Part shown: positions 63,484 through 64,000 of the stretch, piece after piece
How the letters are laid out: each line of letters starts with the position of its first letter
Numbering within the stretch: position 1 is the first letter of the stretch
Assembly (NCBI GenBank): GCA_963796055.1
Contig: CAWCKH010000003.1
Span: 704,001 to 768,000, forward strand
DNA length: 64,000 nucleotides
From: an uncultured delta proteobacterium
GTDB taxonomy: Bacteria; Myxococcota; Myxococcia; Myxococcales; Myxococcaceae
Reading direction: 5' to 3'
Program-made: the position numbers and the translations under genes
The notes under the pieces: model-generated
Databases searched by the model: none
Seen by the model: the letters and a program-made list of their open reading frames with translations, nothing else
What the model was told of the DNA's origin: nothing

Positions 63484-64000
63484 AGCGGTCCCTGCTCAGC
63501 AGTGCCCTGCTGCTTCTCGTGTCTTGTGGAAACACCACCGGCGGCGCACTCATTCACCTCCCGTTCACGGTCGGTGGACTGGAGCGGCCTGCGGCCGGGC
63601 CCCTGTCATTTGCCACGCCACTTGGATGGACGGTGACGCTCGACGAGGCGCGGATCTCCCTCGGCCCCTATTACTTCAACGTCAGTCCGCCCTCCGGCGC
63701 CGAGATCCGGACCGGAATCGTGATCGTCCAGGCGACGCAGCAGCTGGTGGTGGATCCCCTCGACCCGACGCTGGTCCCGATCTCGGATGGTGCCGACGGC
63801 CAGACCGGCACTGCGGTGGCGGTGGAGATGGGCCTCCTTCCCCCCGATCCCAGCCAGTCCCAGGACGCGCAAGATCTGCTCGGTCAGTCGGAGGCCTACG
63901 TGCGCGGGACCGCCACCAGGGCGGGGGTGACGGTGCCGTTCGCCGGGTTCGTGACCATCGACATCAGTCAGGCCAGCCCGCAGAAGCCCCCCGAGGCGCT
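63480..64000 (+). CDS. Lipoprotein, running off the window
   Basis: ATGA overlap; MKRSLLSSALLLLVSC lipobox; open to the window end. Confidence 0.75.
   Translation, partial: MKRSLLSSALLLLVSCGNTTGGALIHLPFTVGGLERPAAGPLSFATPLGWTVTLDEARISLGPYYFNVSPPSGAEIRTGIVIVQATQQLVVDPLDPTLVPISDGADGQTGTAVAVEMGLLPPDPSQSQDAQDLLGQSEAYVRGTATRAGVTVPFAGFVTIDISQASPQKPPEA

Overview
High-GC bacterial DNA, most likely from a myxobacterium (Myxococcota). This is inferred from a MYXO-CTERM-type sorting tail, TonB_C-fused receptor and many lipoproteins. The left ~41 kb is mostly chromosome backbone: smc, a CNNM/hemolysin protein, a TPR protein, CapA, prfA-prmC-murA, secreted proteases, a sigma54-controlled MacAB-like ABC export locus and a giant Ig-repeat lipoprotein. 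It also holds an apparently intact IS110/IS1111-type element whose downstream non-coding end folds into two loops matching its own target and donor sites (a bridge/seek-RNA). From ~41.5 to ~55.4 kb lies a ~14-kb island bounded by two direct copies of a tRNA-Gly(CCC) 3' half. Two back-to-back fluoride-riboswitch aptamers in it precede divergent operons. One is dynamin-like GTPase, enolase, HIT, HAD, P-loop ATPase, second dynamin-like GTPase. The other is a 26-aa leader ORF, cation:proton antiporter, DUF190-CBS, USP. No Fluc/CLC-F exporter was recognised. An arsenic-resistance operon and integrase/excisionase/resolvase relics follow. The right end is a TonB-ExbBD-receptor uptake locus preceded by a His/Cys-rich leader ORF. 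All calls come from reading motifs by eye; no database search was run.
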